A stretch of 35,301 nt of DNA from Octopus bimaculoides (Eukaryota), in contig NC_069005.1 in the NCBI RefSeq assembly GCF_001194135.2, positions 16,543,928 through 16,579,228 of the forward strand. Direction: 5' to 3'. The notes under the pieces are model-generated. The model was not told where the DNA came from, made no database searches, and saw only the letters and a list, made by a program, of their open reading frames with translations. Position 1 is the stretch's first letter. Every line of letters starts with the position of its first letter. Below are positions 33,847-35,301 of this stretch, piece by piece. The position numbers and the translations under genes were made by a program.

Positions 33847-35301
33847 NNNNNNNNNNNNNNNNNNNNNNNNNNNNNNNNNNNNNNNNNNNNNNNNNAAACT
33901 TGCTGCCTTCGTAGCAAAATTTGAGACAACGAGGGTCAATATACAGTTTGAGACCCGTTAACGAAAAAAAAGACTGCCTACTAGGTGTAAAAAAATGTGT
34001 AGAAAAAGGAATATGAATAAAAACTGTGCAAACGAACGGGGGATATGTGGGGAGAGGACTTTCGACATATTCACAAGATTCGATTTTCCCTCATAACTTT
34101 CAGGAAAATCGATATATACTGATGAAATTTTATAGAAAGGTCGTTCAAATGGCACAAATTACGATTATAAAGAAATTTCTGGGGAAAATGTTTTCCGAAA
34201 AGGTGGGGAGAAGACTGTCGAGTGATTTTAAGAGGGATGTAAAAGATATTTTGCTTTAGTATTATACTTTTACTTGTTTCACACACACACAAACACATTT
34301 TTTTAGAAGAATTTTTTTATCATCCTTTATCTCTCCTGCTCATACTTCGTTACCACTAAACTTTAGCATTTTCACTTATTCTTTTCAAATTTGTTTGAAT
34401 TTTCAGTCTAATGTAATCCGCACTCTTGAAAACGTGTTTCTGACAAAATAATAGCTAAAAATATGGGTAAAGAAAGAGGGCTAATGCAATTTTGCACCTC
34501 ACCTTCAAAAATGCATTTTCTGAAATTTCTTTGGATTTCTAGGTTTTATTTAGATATCGGAGATTACGAATATGCAAAAAAAAAAAGTGATGGTAAAGGT
34601 GCACTTATAAAAATTAGAAATTTAACCAAAAGGTAGTTCCATTGATTCGGAAATAGGGCATTGTTATTGCCACCCCACCCCCATAAACATATACGCAAAC
34701 ACACATGTATACAGACGAACATATATACACACACACACACACACACATATATATACACACACACACACACACATATATACGCACACACATACACATATAT
34801 ATATACACACATGCACACACAAAAAATAACGAAAGATGGTGTACTTTTTGTTCAACAAAGACGGTGCAGTATGGCTAGGAAGATTTGGCTGTTATTCCTA
34901 AAAGGACGAGTGCTACTGGAAAGGTTCCCTTGCCAACAAGTACTGACCCTCGTGTAAAAATTTGCCAAAAAATTTTCCCTGTGAAATGGTGGTGAGGTGA
35001 AATTTCCCTGTGAAATTTTTGGGTGTGTGTGAAATTTCCGATGGTTACACCACACCCACCCACGTTTTCCGGACAAAAATGTATTTTGTGGCATATTAGG
35101 TCACCATAATTCATTGAACGAAAAAAAGAAAGCTTTTTCCAATGATTGCGGGAAAGGGGGGGGGGGTGAAATTTCCGAGTGCTCACCCCCACTCCGATCC
35201 CCCGTTTTCCAGACAAAAAAAAAGTTTTGTAGTATATTAGGAGCTCACCGTAATTCATTCAACGAAAAATAATAAAAAAAATATTCCAATAATTCTCTTT
35301 C

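Overview
AT-rich, repeat-dense metazoan genomic DNA with several N gaps. The repeat families look like those of an octopod cephalopod (inference from recalled repeat families; not checked). One host gene is supported: the 5' part of TMEM107 (ciliary transition-zone protein) on the minus strand, with coding exons at 23477-23563, 20599-20666 and 15928-16028. The intron after the third coding exon has a U12 (minor spliceosome) donor, GTATCCTTT; the last two exons were not found in the window. A CpG-rich NRF1/ETS promoter lies at about 23840-23945 and may be bidirectional. The rest is decayed mobile DNA: RTE, CR1-like and R4/Dong-like (RLE) LINEs, tRNA-derived SINEs, Tc1/mariner elements and microsatellites. 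The most notable observation is three, possibly four, unrelated fold-back repeat families downstream of or within TMEM107 introns, each carrying paired, mostly decayed type-I minimal hammerhead-ribozyme motifs of the kind found at Penelope-like element ends. One family shows stem-II covariation between copies.
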